A stretch of DNA of 64,000 nt from positions 13,020,001 to 13,084,000 of the forward strand of contig NC_135250.1 in assembly GCF_964204865.1 (NCBI RefSeq), in the 5' to 3' direction. Below, piece by piece: positions 1 to 12,100 of the stretch. Numbering within the stretch: the first letter of the stretch is position 1; every line of letters starts with the position of its first letter. The DNA comes from Styela clava (taxonomy: Eukaryota). Both the position numbers and the translations under genes were made by a program. A model generated the notes under the pieces. That model saw only the letters and a program-made list of their open reading frames with translations, was not told where the DNA came from and did no database searches.

Positions 1-1723
1 AGATAAATTGAAAGGAAGCATTAAAATTACGATTATTCTAAGTACAGTTTGACTTATAAATATGACACAGAGGGGGAAAACATATCATAGACACAATAAG
101 ATGTTCGTTCTTCAGCATGGAATTGCTGTATGTTCATGGAAAGGTCGATTTGACAATTATCAGATCGACCGAAACAAAAAAACTTCTCACCGATTTGCGT
201 TATATGTCTCTAAGGTACCAGTAATCGATGAAATGAAAATATTGCCAATTAGAATTTTCGTAATTAGCCACACTGAAACAACTAATAAATTGTTACCGCC
301 GAGGTAATGAAAGCGGTCAAATGTTCTTCTGAAGTTTTCCCTTCTATGCAAAAACCTTTTCTCCAAGAACTCCAGCTATATTTGATTCACTAGCCTACCT
401 CATAGCTATTTCCCAGATCGTATTGACTCAAACTTCTTCAAGTCTTTCCTCAATAGGTATTCTTATCGCTACACTATTATTTTTATAGTGTCGGAAGCTA
501 TTGGCATTTTAGTAGTCGCCCGTAGCTTCGCCCATGTATCAGTCTCTTTAATTTAGAGTGTGTTCTCTTTCTTTGAGCAAATATCCTTGTAATAGTATTT
601 GGCAATTTCTTGGCGAAATTAGGCTGGTATTAGGTTTATTGTGTCAGAATGATTGACATACTGGATGCAAGAAGGCCAAGTTCGGCATACTGACAAACAA
701 ATTTATCATAAGATGTTATCAACAATTTTTTATTGTTTTACCACGTTCAAGTGTTTGCTCTGTAGTGCGAGAGAGACAGGTCTGTCGTCTGCTTACCAGT
801 TGACGTCACGTATAGGGATAAATTAGTGGCTTGGAAATCCCCCCGCACTGAACCATTGCGGACTCAAACTTCTACACCCACTACGTCCAGCGTATATTTA
901 TAGATGCGATATATCAACAAAATGTTCTGTTCAACGTTAGTTCGAATTGGCCCAATCGTTTATTAATGCGATACTTCAGTATCAGTTGATGACAACATTC
1001 ATTACCTCATCCTTCCTATACCAGCAGTTAACGACAGTTCTTTTGTGAACTAAATGCCTAAGACGATTCAGACTTGTAGAAGTCTTTCGATTCGATTAAT
1101 GAGAAATTACTAAGACTTGTGTTCCTTATTAAGATTGAACATCAATGTTTTATACCATTTGCATCGAAGCATTACCATAAAACCTAGCTTTTGTTGAAAA
1201 ACTCGTGCTTTTTGCTAGTGATGACTGAAATTTTAGAACGGGTTCTCTTCTGTGTCGAACGCAATAACAACAGGTTCCATCTTTCCAGAAAACCATGCAA
1301 CTTATTTATAGCTCTAAACAAAATAGAACGGGTTCGCTGAATATCAATATATTTCAGGACCTTCTGAATCCCACTAAAGTCGCTAGCTAGCTTTGCCTCG
1401 GCTCTAAATTGCGATTTTCATCGTCGTGTGATATTTGATAAATCATCGCATGTTCAATATTTCAGGTATAATTGTTTAATGCATTCTTTCGAAATCTTTT
1501 ATTTATTGACCGCTAACACTATTTTCCCGATTCCAGCCGAAGCATACTAAAATTGTATCAAGTTTGTAACTGTTTTCCGCTCTCATCCATGCGCTTATTA
1601 TCCAAGTTCCCATAGTTTACTTTTCCTGTTACTGTTACGTCACAATATCTGAAGCAAAAAATAAAAAAAGTCCAAAGAATAATACAAAATGAGCGCCCTC
1701 GGGTGTCGAAACTCGTTTCGATT

Positions 1724-4700
1724 ATGGCTTTAGAATCGAGCCTGTCGAACTCCTCGTTTTCAACAGAAGAATGGAAACCATCAAGTGATGCATGGTTAAC
1801 CTTTAACGATTTTCGACACCAGGGATTATTTTGTGATGTGGTGCTGCGAGTCGAAGATGTCCGATTTCCAGTTCACAGGCTAGTTCTGTGCGCATGTAGC
1901 GACTATTTCAGGTATGTATTTTTGCATTATGAGACGCGCTGAATAACTTCACTTTTTTCGGTAACCCTATATAACAGTTCTGTTTTATATTTCTCATTGT
2001 GTTTACTTTTTCTGAATACAGGTCTCTTTTTGTTGGGGGATGGAAAAGCAGTGATAAACAAGAAATAGAGATCCCTGGAATCTCCCCAGAAATGATGTCA
2101 TCGTTACTCAATTTTGCATATACGGGGCAGGTAAAGAAAACCACCACCTCTTATTGCTTATACTTTCCAATATTCGCTCTGACATGTAATGCACGGCCCG
2201 AACTAATGGGGTCTCCCATAGTATGTGTACCAGGTTAGGGTAAGCCCATAATTTTATTCCGATTTTCCTTACTTCAGTTCTATTGGGAGTTCGGGGACTG
2301 TTTGTGTTAGCCAAGTGAATATACCCCCCCCCCCCACCCCCTGCGGATTCTTACACTTTAACTAATTATTTAGGCTATTTCTTTACATGTTCTTTACATG
2401 AAAAATGAATCAGCTTGATCTAGTAATAATATGATGCCGATATATTTCGTCAGTTAAAATAGCATGTTAATTAATTCCACGTTTCAAGAAACGAGATTTT
2501 ATATATATATATTTTTCTCATAGTCTGATATTTGCTGATATCCTTTGCCTGATATCCTATCCTGATATCCCTTTATCAATAATGTTTAGGTTGTTATCAC
2601 TGCTCACAATGTTCAAGAATTACTTCCAGCAGCTGACCAGTTTCAAATTATGTTTGTGAAAGAAAAATGTTGTTCTTTTTTAAAACGGCAACTATCTGCA
2701 ACAAACTGTGTCGGAATTCGAAAATATGCGGAGTAAGTTCCCAACGTTATTTACCAGTTTGTTGAAAAAAAAACTTCATGAACACATTAGGCTGATACGC
2801 AGCATTCCTCATTCAGCTTTAGGCAGAATGTACACCTTTCCTTCCTTACTTTTTTTCTATGAACGTTTCACTTCATGTAATAATGGTGGTAGTGTTCGAT
2901 GCCTATCTTTTACGATAGAGGTTTAAACTCGTAAAGATTTGCATATATATATATATGTGTGTATATACGACAAAGCGCAAATTTGTCAAATAGATGCCAA
3001 AGTTTTACTAATTTTCGATTTCATATTTACAAAGGGAAAATTTTAACTTGATAGCAAGACCGCTTTTGGTTTTTCCCTCGCATGATAACTCAACGATATC
3101 AAATGTTTAGCTGGGCACAGCCGGAGAGACGAAAGTCTCAGTACATGCTCAAATGTACGCGGTGCGTTCCTTAGAGTTGCAATCGGTCTAACGAAAGCAT
3201 CGTTGCTTTAATATGTTTTGTGTTTTAGCAGGTCCGATGAACTTAACAGTTTATTCCAAAGTTATTCATAGTTCAAATAAAATTTCCAAATGGATTTTTG
3301 TGTGTCGAAATAAAACAGAGGAGCATAATGACTGTATTCTAAATTTTGCGCTGTTATGTTATTTATCTTATCATTAATGAATGCATATGATTTGTGACAA
3401 TAATCTGGAGAAGTTACTTTATTTCGCAATTTTAAATTTTTTTTTTCAAAGATGGTTTTTCTGCGCCAAACTTCAAAAAGCTGCAACTGAATATATTTTG
3501 AACAATTTCGAAGAAATGTCTAAGAAGAGTCCTGAATATTTATTGTTGTCATATGATGAGGTGTATGCATTGATTTCAGATGATAGGTTAAATGTACGTG
3601 TTGAAGAGATTGTGTGTGAAGCTGTTTTCAGGTCAGTTCATGTACTCAGTTCATTTATTATATAGATTGAGTATATTAATCGTTATCTGCTTGGGAAGCA
3701 TTGAGCATCGTATTTTGACTATTTATTTTTGGACACGTTTAGTGGACATAACGATCGTTTCAAAATTTTGTTGTTATTGTTATTTGTCTCCATCATTTTT
3801 AAAAAATCGCTTTTCTCTTCGAATACTGGACCAATTGCTTTGAAATTTTCAGTGGTTAAAGATAAAATTTTTCTCTAGAAGGCTATTACTTTTATTTATT
3901 TCTAAATTCCGCATGAAATCTGATATTTCGTCTAAAATTTCGCTGTATTATTTTATCCATGGGAACACTGGCTGTCCGGTTTGATTCTGTAAATTATTTC
4001 TACGCGAAACTTTTTGTGGGTACCGGTGGCGTCAAAGGTAAATACTGCTTCGCTCTGGTTAACGTGTCCATATATTTGAGCACAGCTCTCTTGTTTTATT
4101 TGTAATTATTTATATCGCAGGTGGATACGAAGTGACAGGCATAATCGGATTCAGTATCTACAACAACTTCTGCAGAGTGTTAGATTGGGGCTTCTGGATC
4201 CAGAATACTTCATGACAAAAGTTAAAGGTAGAGTTGAAAACTTTTTAAGAAAACTGAAGGATGTACCAACTGAGCGATACATATTTTTAACACTGATATT
4301 AAATTGCATTTGAATTAAAATGCGTCAACCAGTTGAAGCGCCAGAGAGTTTCTGTATAAAAGGCGAAAAGAGTTTTATAAAAATAGTCCAGTCGAAGTGT
4401 CCAGGTCCAGGAGTGAAAATATCTTCCTGATAATAACGACGATAGTATTTGACTCGGCTTAAGCGCCATAGTCCTTATTTGAAGAGCAATGGAACGGTTA
4501 TTTCAAAAATATGTTTCCATAAAAGGCAATGATCTTGTAATGGAGCGCATAAAGGACTGTCGCGTGCTGGTAAAAGAAGCAATGCAGGTTGTGTGTGATT
4601 TACATTCTCCGGAATCGGATATTCGCATGGCAAATTCAAATGCTTACCATCGATTGTTAAGACCGAGGTTACCAAACGAGGTATTGAAACTTAACTTGAA

Positions 4701-7700
4701 ATTATCAGGTAACTATTCAAGAGTGTTATAAATGACCAATTCAATTCAAGACTCTAGTTCTCATAAAGTTTTTTTTTTAAGATCTGGGCGTAGCCATCGG
4801 GGGCTTGGGGGGTGGTTTTGGGGGTCGACCCCCCCCCCTCTTTTTTTGGAACGTAAAAAAATAAAAGCATCTTCCTGTATCATACATAGCCATTTTTGTA
4901 GCTTGAAACGCTTTTTAGACCCTCAAGAGTCAAGACTCGTGAAAACACAAGTTTCCTGCGGGCCCGCTAGCTGTTTCGATCTAACTTGGCAAATATTAAT
5001 GTCAGAATCCCCCCTTTGAAAATTTCTGGCAACGCCCCTGGTTCTCAGCAAAATTACGTAAATTTTCTTTTATCTACAGCTAACAAAATAATTCCAATTT
5101 CATAACATAAAAATTGTTACCCCTTGCTAAACTAAACGTACGTCTGCCTCATTTACAGATACTGCTGGCTGTTGGTGGATGGAGTGGCGGCTGTTCTACT
5201 AATGCAATAGAAGCGTACGATCCCAGAGCAGAAACATGGGTGAATATAAGCTCGATGCCAGGTGGTGATAATTACTTGTTTCATGCGACCTGTTTTACCA
5301 TTCTTTAAAAGTAATAGCTTCTAGGTTTAGTAAATATTTGAAAAGCCATAAAGTATAATACCCAAATAATTGTGAATTTTACCAGTCTGAATATTCAATT
5401 TCTAAAACGAAAATTTCCAATACAGTATTTTTATACTAACGTTGCGTTATTCGAAAATTTAGGATATCATTTCATGATCGTTTCTTTTATGATAGCGACT
5501 TGTGCAATGAATACATTTTTGGCTAATACCACGAAATTAGCCATTGTTTAAGTTAAAACACAAACATCTGAATTAAACGTAAGAGCAGAAAGAAATTGAG
5601 CGAAGGTTTTAACGGGAAAAAATAAAATCCGACAGAGCATTTTCCTTCAGTTCGAGTAAAATTCCTGATTATTGGTTTGAATATACCTGAAAAAACGTAT
5701 ATCAGAAGTCGAATTGTTTTGAATTCGGTTGTTCTGCTGAGTATTGTTACAGGGCTTGTAGAAGAGCGACCGAGAGCATATCATGGAGTTGCGTATCTCA
5801 ATAAATGCGTGTACATCATTGGGGGATTCGACGGCGTCAATTATTTCAACACCATGAGGAAATTCAATGTTCAGACTAACGACTGGATTCAAGTATGTAA
5901 AATGAAGAAGATATTTCCTGAAACATATTCGCCGGAAGTTTCCGCTATTATTTAATTTATAATATATATTCCTTATTGAATACGAAGTGTATATACAAAT
6001 CGTTTTGGGACACGAAATGTACCTAAGGATCGTTTTGTTATTATTATGTTGTTGTTGGTATTTTTCTCCGTCCTATTGTTTTGAAAAATCTCTTTTCCTT
6101 TCAACTAGTGGTTGTTTCGAAATTTTCAGTATTTAAGGATTGTATTCGTATTTCGCTAGAAGGCTATAACTTTTATTTTTTTAAAAACTTTTTGTTGGCT
6201 CGATATGATTCGTTTTTTACTTCGAAATTTTGTGTGATGACCTCATCAAAATTATTCGTAGCGGTTCCACGACTTCGTTTTTTTTATCGTATCGTACTAC
6301 GTAGAATACGTAAGGTACTGTGGGGTAAGGTGTAGACTACAGCTCCGATTTAACTTTCGTGGCCATATACTTGAGCATCGCTCTCTGGTTGTTTTTTAAT
6401 ATAGGTATTTATTTGCAGGAACCTTCAATGTTTCACAAAAGATGTTACGTTAGCGTTACAATGATGGGAGGACGCATTTACGCACTAGGTGGAATGGACG
6501 GGGAACACAGGTACTTTAAGCCTATGGTCAATCTTAAATTAGATGCGTATATGTGACATAAATGTGAAAAAAAACAGACGACATATAAGTAAGTCGCCCG
6601 AATCGAATTAAAAGTTTGTTCTGGCGAAAATCGGGATCATCATTATAAAAATAATAGTAAACTTCGGGAGATTCATAATTCAATTTTCATTGCATATGAA
6701 AAAATGAACAAGTTCAGTAACTATTTTTACAGGTTAAACACAGGAGAATCATACGATCCTATCCAACGAGTATGGACGATTTTACCAGATATGAATGAGA
6801 GGCGCAGCGATGCTAGCGCGGCTGCTCTCGGCAATAAGGTTTGTAAATGAAGTGAATTTCTGGGCAACCAATAAAATCTTAGGATCAAAACTGACTTTCC
6901 GCGATTATATTCTGATCAAAAGTACCGGAAGTATGCAGTATCGATCAATACGTAAGATTCATAATAGACTAGAAAAACAAGATGCTGCGGACGGAAGGTG
7001 GGTCTAAGTTATCTAAATTATGGAAATTTATTCGCGAAAGGGCAAGAATTGATCGTCTAAGTCTAAGAGCGGCATAGTTGTACTTTGTTTCATTTCGGTA
7101 AACTTACTGCTGTTTAGTCTCACGTGAAAAGTTATGGCATACTGTCTCAGCTGTAAATTATTTTACATATAGCAAAATATTATTTATAAATTAATTTCAT
7201 AAAACATCGCTAGTTAAAATGATACATGTCGATGGCGACTTGTGCTGAACAAACTTTTTTGCTCCTGAATCAATATACTTTTTGATCCGTATGTGGATCA
7301 CAAGGATTCTTTAATGAAACATGACAAATTTAAATTAGCGAATCGATTACCATATTTTTGGATTAGAAAAAAAGTTCATCAAAAGCTTTACATATTCATT
7401 TTTCTACATGCACCATTGAAGGTTTATATATCTGGCGGTTTCAATGGTCAGGAGTGTTTATTCACAGCGGAATTTTACGATTTGGACAGTTTATCTTGGA
7501 CTCGCATCACACCTATGCGCAGTAGAAGATCAGGAGTCTCGATTATTGCTCTTCACGGAATGGCGAGTTGTGTGGCTTAGATTTTGTTTCGGATTTAGGT
7601 TTCAATAAGTTCGTCAAAACTACATTATAGAAACCTATAATTCGATGTAAAAACAGAAGTTGAAAAGACATTCGCAAAATATTCACCACAACTACAGGGT

Positions 7701-8791
7701 GGTCGCTAGAAAAACAAAAAAATTGTCAAACAGCTTTTATTTAACAAAGAATAACTTTTACAAAGTTTTTTTTATAGGCATATGTTATATTACACAGAAT
7801 ATTACAGTAATCAAATAGAACCTAAAAGGTATCGACCTAAAACAACCCAGAACCTAAAAGAAATAAAAACGTACTGAAAAAAGAATTAATAGGCATGCTT
7901 TTTATTCGAGATCTCATCTGACCTTCAAATTTTCTGCTATTCTAGCGACCACCCTGTATATAAGTGATGACGTTATGGCGACGCATATTGGCAAATACAG
8001 AAAATTTCTTCATTCAAATGATTTAAAATTTAGTCTCGACTTGCAATACTGGCCAATTCAACTTTCTGGTATTAATAACATTACCTATATTTGAAAGATT
8101 TACGCAGTCGGTGGATTTGACGGGATAAATCGGCTGAGAAGTGCAGAAGCCTACTGTCCTGTAACTAATACATGGAGATCCATTGCTACAATGAATAAAC
8201 CAAGATCCAACTTCGGCATGGATGTAATTGATGATCAAATAATAGCAGTTGGTGGATTTAATGGGCATCAGACATCCGCTGACGTAGAGGTTTATGACGA
8301 CACTACGAACGAGTGGTAATTTCTCATTCATATACGATAACAAAATATGTTTCAAACAATTGAATCGAACTATTTATATACTTATACTGTACAAAATTGC
8401 CGAGAAATTGCGGGGTAACAATTTGATTCATAATTAGGAAATTGTACAAAATATAACCAAAATATTCACTATTTATTTTTGTATTTTATCGTTCCCTTTG
8501 ATTTTCATACAATGCTATAGGTACGAGGTACGGGAAATGCACATATTTCGAAGCGCATTGAGTTGCTGCGTAATTAGTGGACTTTCTCATGACGTCATAA
8601 AGAAGTTCTGCGTCTCCAGAGAATTAAATAACGTTTCCAGAGACGGCGGGGCACGTCGTGCAATTGCTCTTTCTACGACAAATTTTGAAGTCCAGGCTGC
8701 AGCAGCCCCTTTAGCACCGCACATGGGCGCTGAAGAGGATATTTCCGACGAATTACAATCAGACGAAAACTCAGACGAAATTATGGAATAA
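1724..8791 (+). CDS. KLHL10: Kelch-like protein 10 homolog (BTB-BACK-Kelch repeats; CUL3 substrate adaptor), 13 exons, ~650 aa
   Basis: Exons 1724-1911, 2022-2130, 2590-2732, 3452-3631, 4121-4227, 4526-4680, 5159-5261, 5753-5892, 6419-6510, 6733-6838, 7422-7562, 8098-8315, 8521-8791 join in frame (1953 nt). BTB: [58 protein letters not shown]. Kelch GG..Y..W repeats follow. The C-terminal blades (YAVGGFDGINRLRSAEAY..PRSNFG..RSALSCCVISGL) closely resemble vertebrate KLHL10 as I recall it. Confidence 0.9.
2209..2323. repeat. Partial copy of the 17059-17295 MITE family
   Basis: gtatgtgtaccaggttagggtaagcccataattttattccgatttt..ttagccaagtga is shared with 17106-17195. Confidence 0.7.
3752..3965 (+). 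repeat. Dispersed intronic repeat family, copy 1 (unclassified)
   Basis: gatcgttt..ctggaccaattgc..aaattttcagtggtt..ctagaaggctattactttta is shared with 6028-6255 and 24463-24830. Confidence 0.7.
4783..5040. mobile_element. Probable MITE remnant (hAT-like GGGCGTAGCCA ends)
   Basis: gggcgtagcca / tggcaacgcccctg imperfect TIRs with a G-run/C-run hairpin; no TSD found. Confidence 0.5.
6028..6255 (+). repeat. Dispersed intronic repeat family, copy 2
   Basis: gatcgttttg..aaaaatctcttttc..aaattttcagt..cgctagaaggctataacttttattt. Confidence 0.7.
7695..7956. mobile_element. Tc1/mariner-type MITE (TA TSD) in KLHL10 intron 11
   Basis: TA|CAGGGTGGTCGCTAGAA ... TTCTAGCGACCACCCTG|TA: perfect 17-bp TIRs. 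Related copy at 39244-39459. Confidence 0.85.
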
Positions 8792-8852
8792 ATAATGTTT
8801 TCTTACATAATTTTTAAACGAATAGGATTTTTTTTATAATTTATATTTATAA

Positions 8853-8858
8853 TTTATT
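8853..8858 (-). terminator. Candidate polyadenylation signal of the CUB-EGF-CCP gene
   Basis: First minus-strand AATAAA (tttatt on +) downstream of the stop at 9151. Confidence 0.45.
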
Positions 8859-8916
8859 ACATTAACATAAGTTCAATTGTATTATATGATGGCATGTCTT
8901 TTATAGTGTGATATAC

Positions 8917-8922
8917 AATAAA
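8917..8922 (+). terminator. Candidate polyadenylation signal of the KLHL10-like gene
   Basis: First AATAAA after the stop at 8791, followed by a GT-rich tract (gtgtgtgttt). Confidence 0.55.
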
Positions 8923-9150
8923 TGAAAGTGTGTGTTTACCGGTGTAATCTCTAAATCTAGAAAGTAAAGAAAAAATTAGGAGCTACAATGTTAGGCACTT
9001 GGGTGATCATTACGACATGCTTGCTTAGCTGCGTCTACGTCCACAGAATCAATTTCTGCAAAATACTCGCTCAATGTGTAGATGGGGCCTGTGCCTTTTT
9101 TGATCTTTGAAATCCCACTTAAGTCATGTTATATTACGGAGAAAACAATT

Positions 9151-12100
9151 TCACTCCGTGGCTTCTCTTCGTGGCGAGTTCCATGGCCTGCAAACAAAAA
9201 TTATACTTGATTGCTGCTATGTGATTTTAAGAATAATAAGATATATATATTATACTTTTGGGACTTTCTCGGGTGTACCTCATATTTTACCGACCCGAAT
9301 GCCAATTTGTACAATCAGAGGAAAGGAATGTCGAACCTAAAAATACTTACGCAAAGAAGAATATATACAGTAGAAAAACCCCGATTAATATGAAAATAAC
9401 TCCCGCTGCTACCACCATGCTCAACACCATAGGCGACTTTATTGCTTGCATAGCTGATTGGTTCGCTGCTGAAGGGTCGGTTGTATCACCTGTGGGACGT
9501 AACACAATGTAGATTGAAGAAAAAATCTGTACACCGTACACTGTACAGCATTGGCTTATCGCGACTAACTCACTTATGCATTCTGGTACAACGTGAGTGA
9601 ATTCACCGCTCTCTTGGCAGGTAATTATGTTAGGTCCTGTCAATACAAATCCTTTTCCACAGTAAAATTCAAGAGAAACACCAAAAGGTACCAATCCCTT
9701 GCTTGAATCGTCTGGGTTACGACATCCTTTCACTGGAAATTTGAAATATAGAAATTCAAATTAAATCATTTCAAGCACGTAGAATGCAGGTGAAATTGTG
9801 TAGCTTTAAAGAAGAACTGTATCATCTTTCGTCGTCAGTTGTGAAAGATAGAAATTTTGATTGTAACAATTCAAAGCAAAAAGTCGCATTACAATATTAT
9901 TGAACATTTGCAGTTCAACCCACATCTCGGCGGTCTTCCATTTTGATTCTGCAGATGCTATTCGATGCACCACAGTTGCAGCTTTGTTCAGAGTATGATT
10001 TTTGGGGAAATTGTGGGTAAAATAATTTGGTTTTCTCGGCGGTGTGCGAATCGTGCTCAGCGTTAAGAATACGCTCGCTACCGCACCTCTGATTACCCTG
10101 CGTAGGATTCAGATTCAGATATTTATTTTCGTCATGCAAAAAACAATGCGCGATATGAAAAATGAATAAATAATATAATGTAACAAAATGTCAAATGGAT
10201 ATCGGCTTGTTGCAGTTGACGCGGAGTCGCGAAAAGACTCATAGAGTCATCTAGTCAGCGACACCTTGTAGCTGAAATTAAGCAGCAAATATAAGAAACG
10301 GGACACTCAATATTACACATTAACTTAATAAATTAACACGATCATACAAAAGACAAAAAAATAATACAAAATAAATAGAACTCAATATTACACATTGGCT
10401 TAATTGGACACAATCATTCGAAAAATGAAAAACAACAAGAAAAAAACCTGAGTAACTACGGGATGCCACAATCCCTGTGGAATGATTAACAAACATGAAA
10501 TAGGCTATAATCATACAAGAAAAAGAGCGGCAAAACATGCGAAATAAACCACGGAATGCCACAATGACTTTGGAATAAAAAAAGATTACTTTTAAATAAA
10601 AAACAAGACAGATAAAAAACATCAACAAATCGAAAATACACCACGGAATGTCATGACGGACGCAACAGCGACATCTATAAAATGGTTATGCCTCGTTGAG
10701 TACGGAGCACAGCGAAATAGCGTTATGACTCAGCGTTCAGTCTACACCAAGATGGCGTACCCAGCAACGGGAGTTTGCTGCTAGGGTTGAATTTGTGGCT
10801 ATTTTCTGTTAAAGCGATTGCTAGTAAATTATTGGCTCTACAGATTAGTGCAGAATGAATTATGTGATCTGCATACTTCGTGTCGATTGCACTGGGCTGA
10901 AAATAGTAAGGAAATACCAGGACACAATATGCAGACAGAAGAAAATGGCAAGTTTCAAAAAGATGGATGGATATAGAAAACAACAGAAGGTAATGTTTTC
11001 AGATCAATGACAACTAGGCCTATAGGCATCAAGATATAGGCTTTTCAGTGCATGTTTGTAAGAATTATAACTACTGGATCGAATGTTATTAGGGAGGTTA
11101 TTCCACAATTTAACACCAACGAATTTGATCGAGTTTTGAGTTCGTTTGGTGCTGAAGCGATTTACATAATATGAGCACCCGACAGAGGAGCGCGTTTCAT
11201 AAGAGTGAACGTTGCTCTGTTTTAAAAAATAGTTGGTGAAAGCGGAAGGGAGTTTTTTGCAGTGATGTTGGTGCATTATTTTCAATACCTCAATTTCATA
11301 AATATCTGCTAATTTAATAATTTTAAGACTATGATAAATAGGACTAAGTCGTGAAATATAACTGGCAGCAGAAATTGCACGAATTGCTCGGTTCTGAATA
11401 ATTTCAATGCGGTGTAATAAGGTTTTATCAGCTGAACCCCAAGCAATTATGCCATACTGGATATGGCTTTGAAATAAGGAATAGTAAATCATGCGTAAGG
11501 TGGTAAGCGATGTGTATCTTCTAAGCTTGTATAGCATTCCAACAGACTTGGATAATTTAACGGCCAGGTTGGACAAGTGAATATCCCACTTCATTTTACT
11601 ATCAATGTATATACCAAGATATTTAAAGGAATGGACATTTTCCAATTTTTTATTATCAATTTGGATTTTCAAAACATTTTTCGATTTGCATTGGTATGGA
11701 GATATTAACATAGATTTTGATTTTTCAATGTTTAGTGTTAATTTATTGGCTTTCATCCAACTTGACACTTTTGCAATTTCAGTATTTACTCTCAACTGAA
11801 GAACTGCACAAGATTTGTCGCTGTCAAGGAGATTAGTATCGTCAGCGAACAATTTGGAAAATAATGAAGAGCAATAAGTTATGTCGTTAATATATACGAG
11901 AAAAAGGAGAGGGCCCAAACAGCTACCTTGAGGAACTCCATGCGTCACCGGTAAGGGAGAAGAACAGTATGATCCCACTTGAACATATTGAGATCTATTA
12001 TTCAAATAACTAGAAATGAGTTTGCTTGCAATTCCCCGTATACCATAATGCCTCAACTTAGAAATCAGGATGTCATGATTCACAGTATCATTCTTTAGAT

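Noticed and set aside
801-808. Perfect CRE (TGACGTCA) upstream of KLHL10, suggesting CREM-type testis regulation
   Set aside because: The same octamer recurs in coding DNA, introns and MITEs (~8590, 16445, 24629, 31140), so it is not specific.
1-1450. Possible decayed retroelement or coding remnant on the minus strand upstream of KLHL10 (e.g. LHGFLERWNLLL-like fragment)
   Set aside because: Frames are interrupted by many stops and I could not read a diagnostic motif. It needs a translated search.
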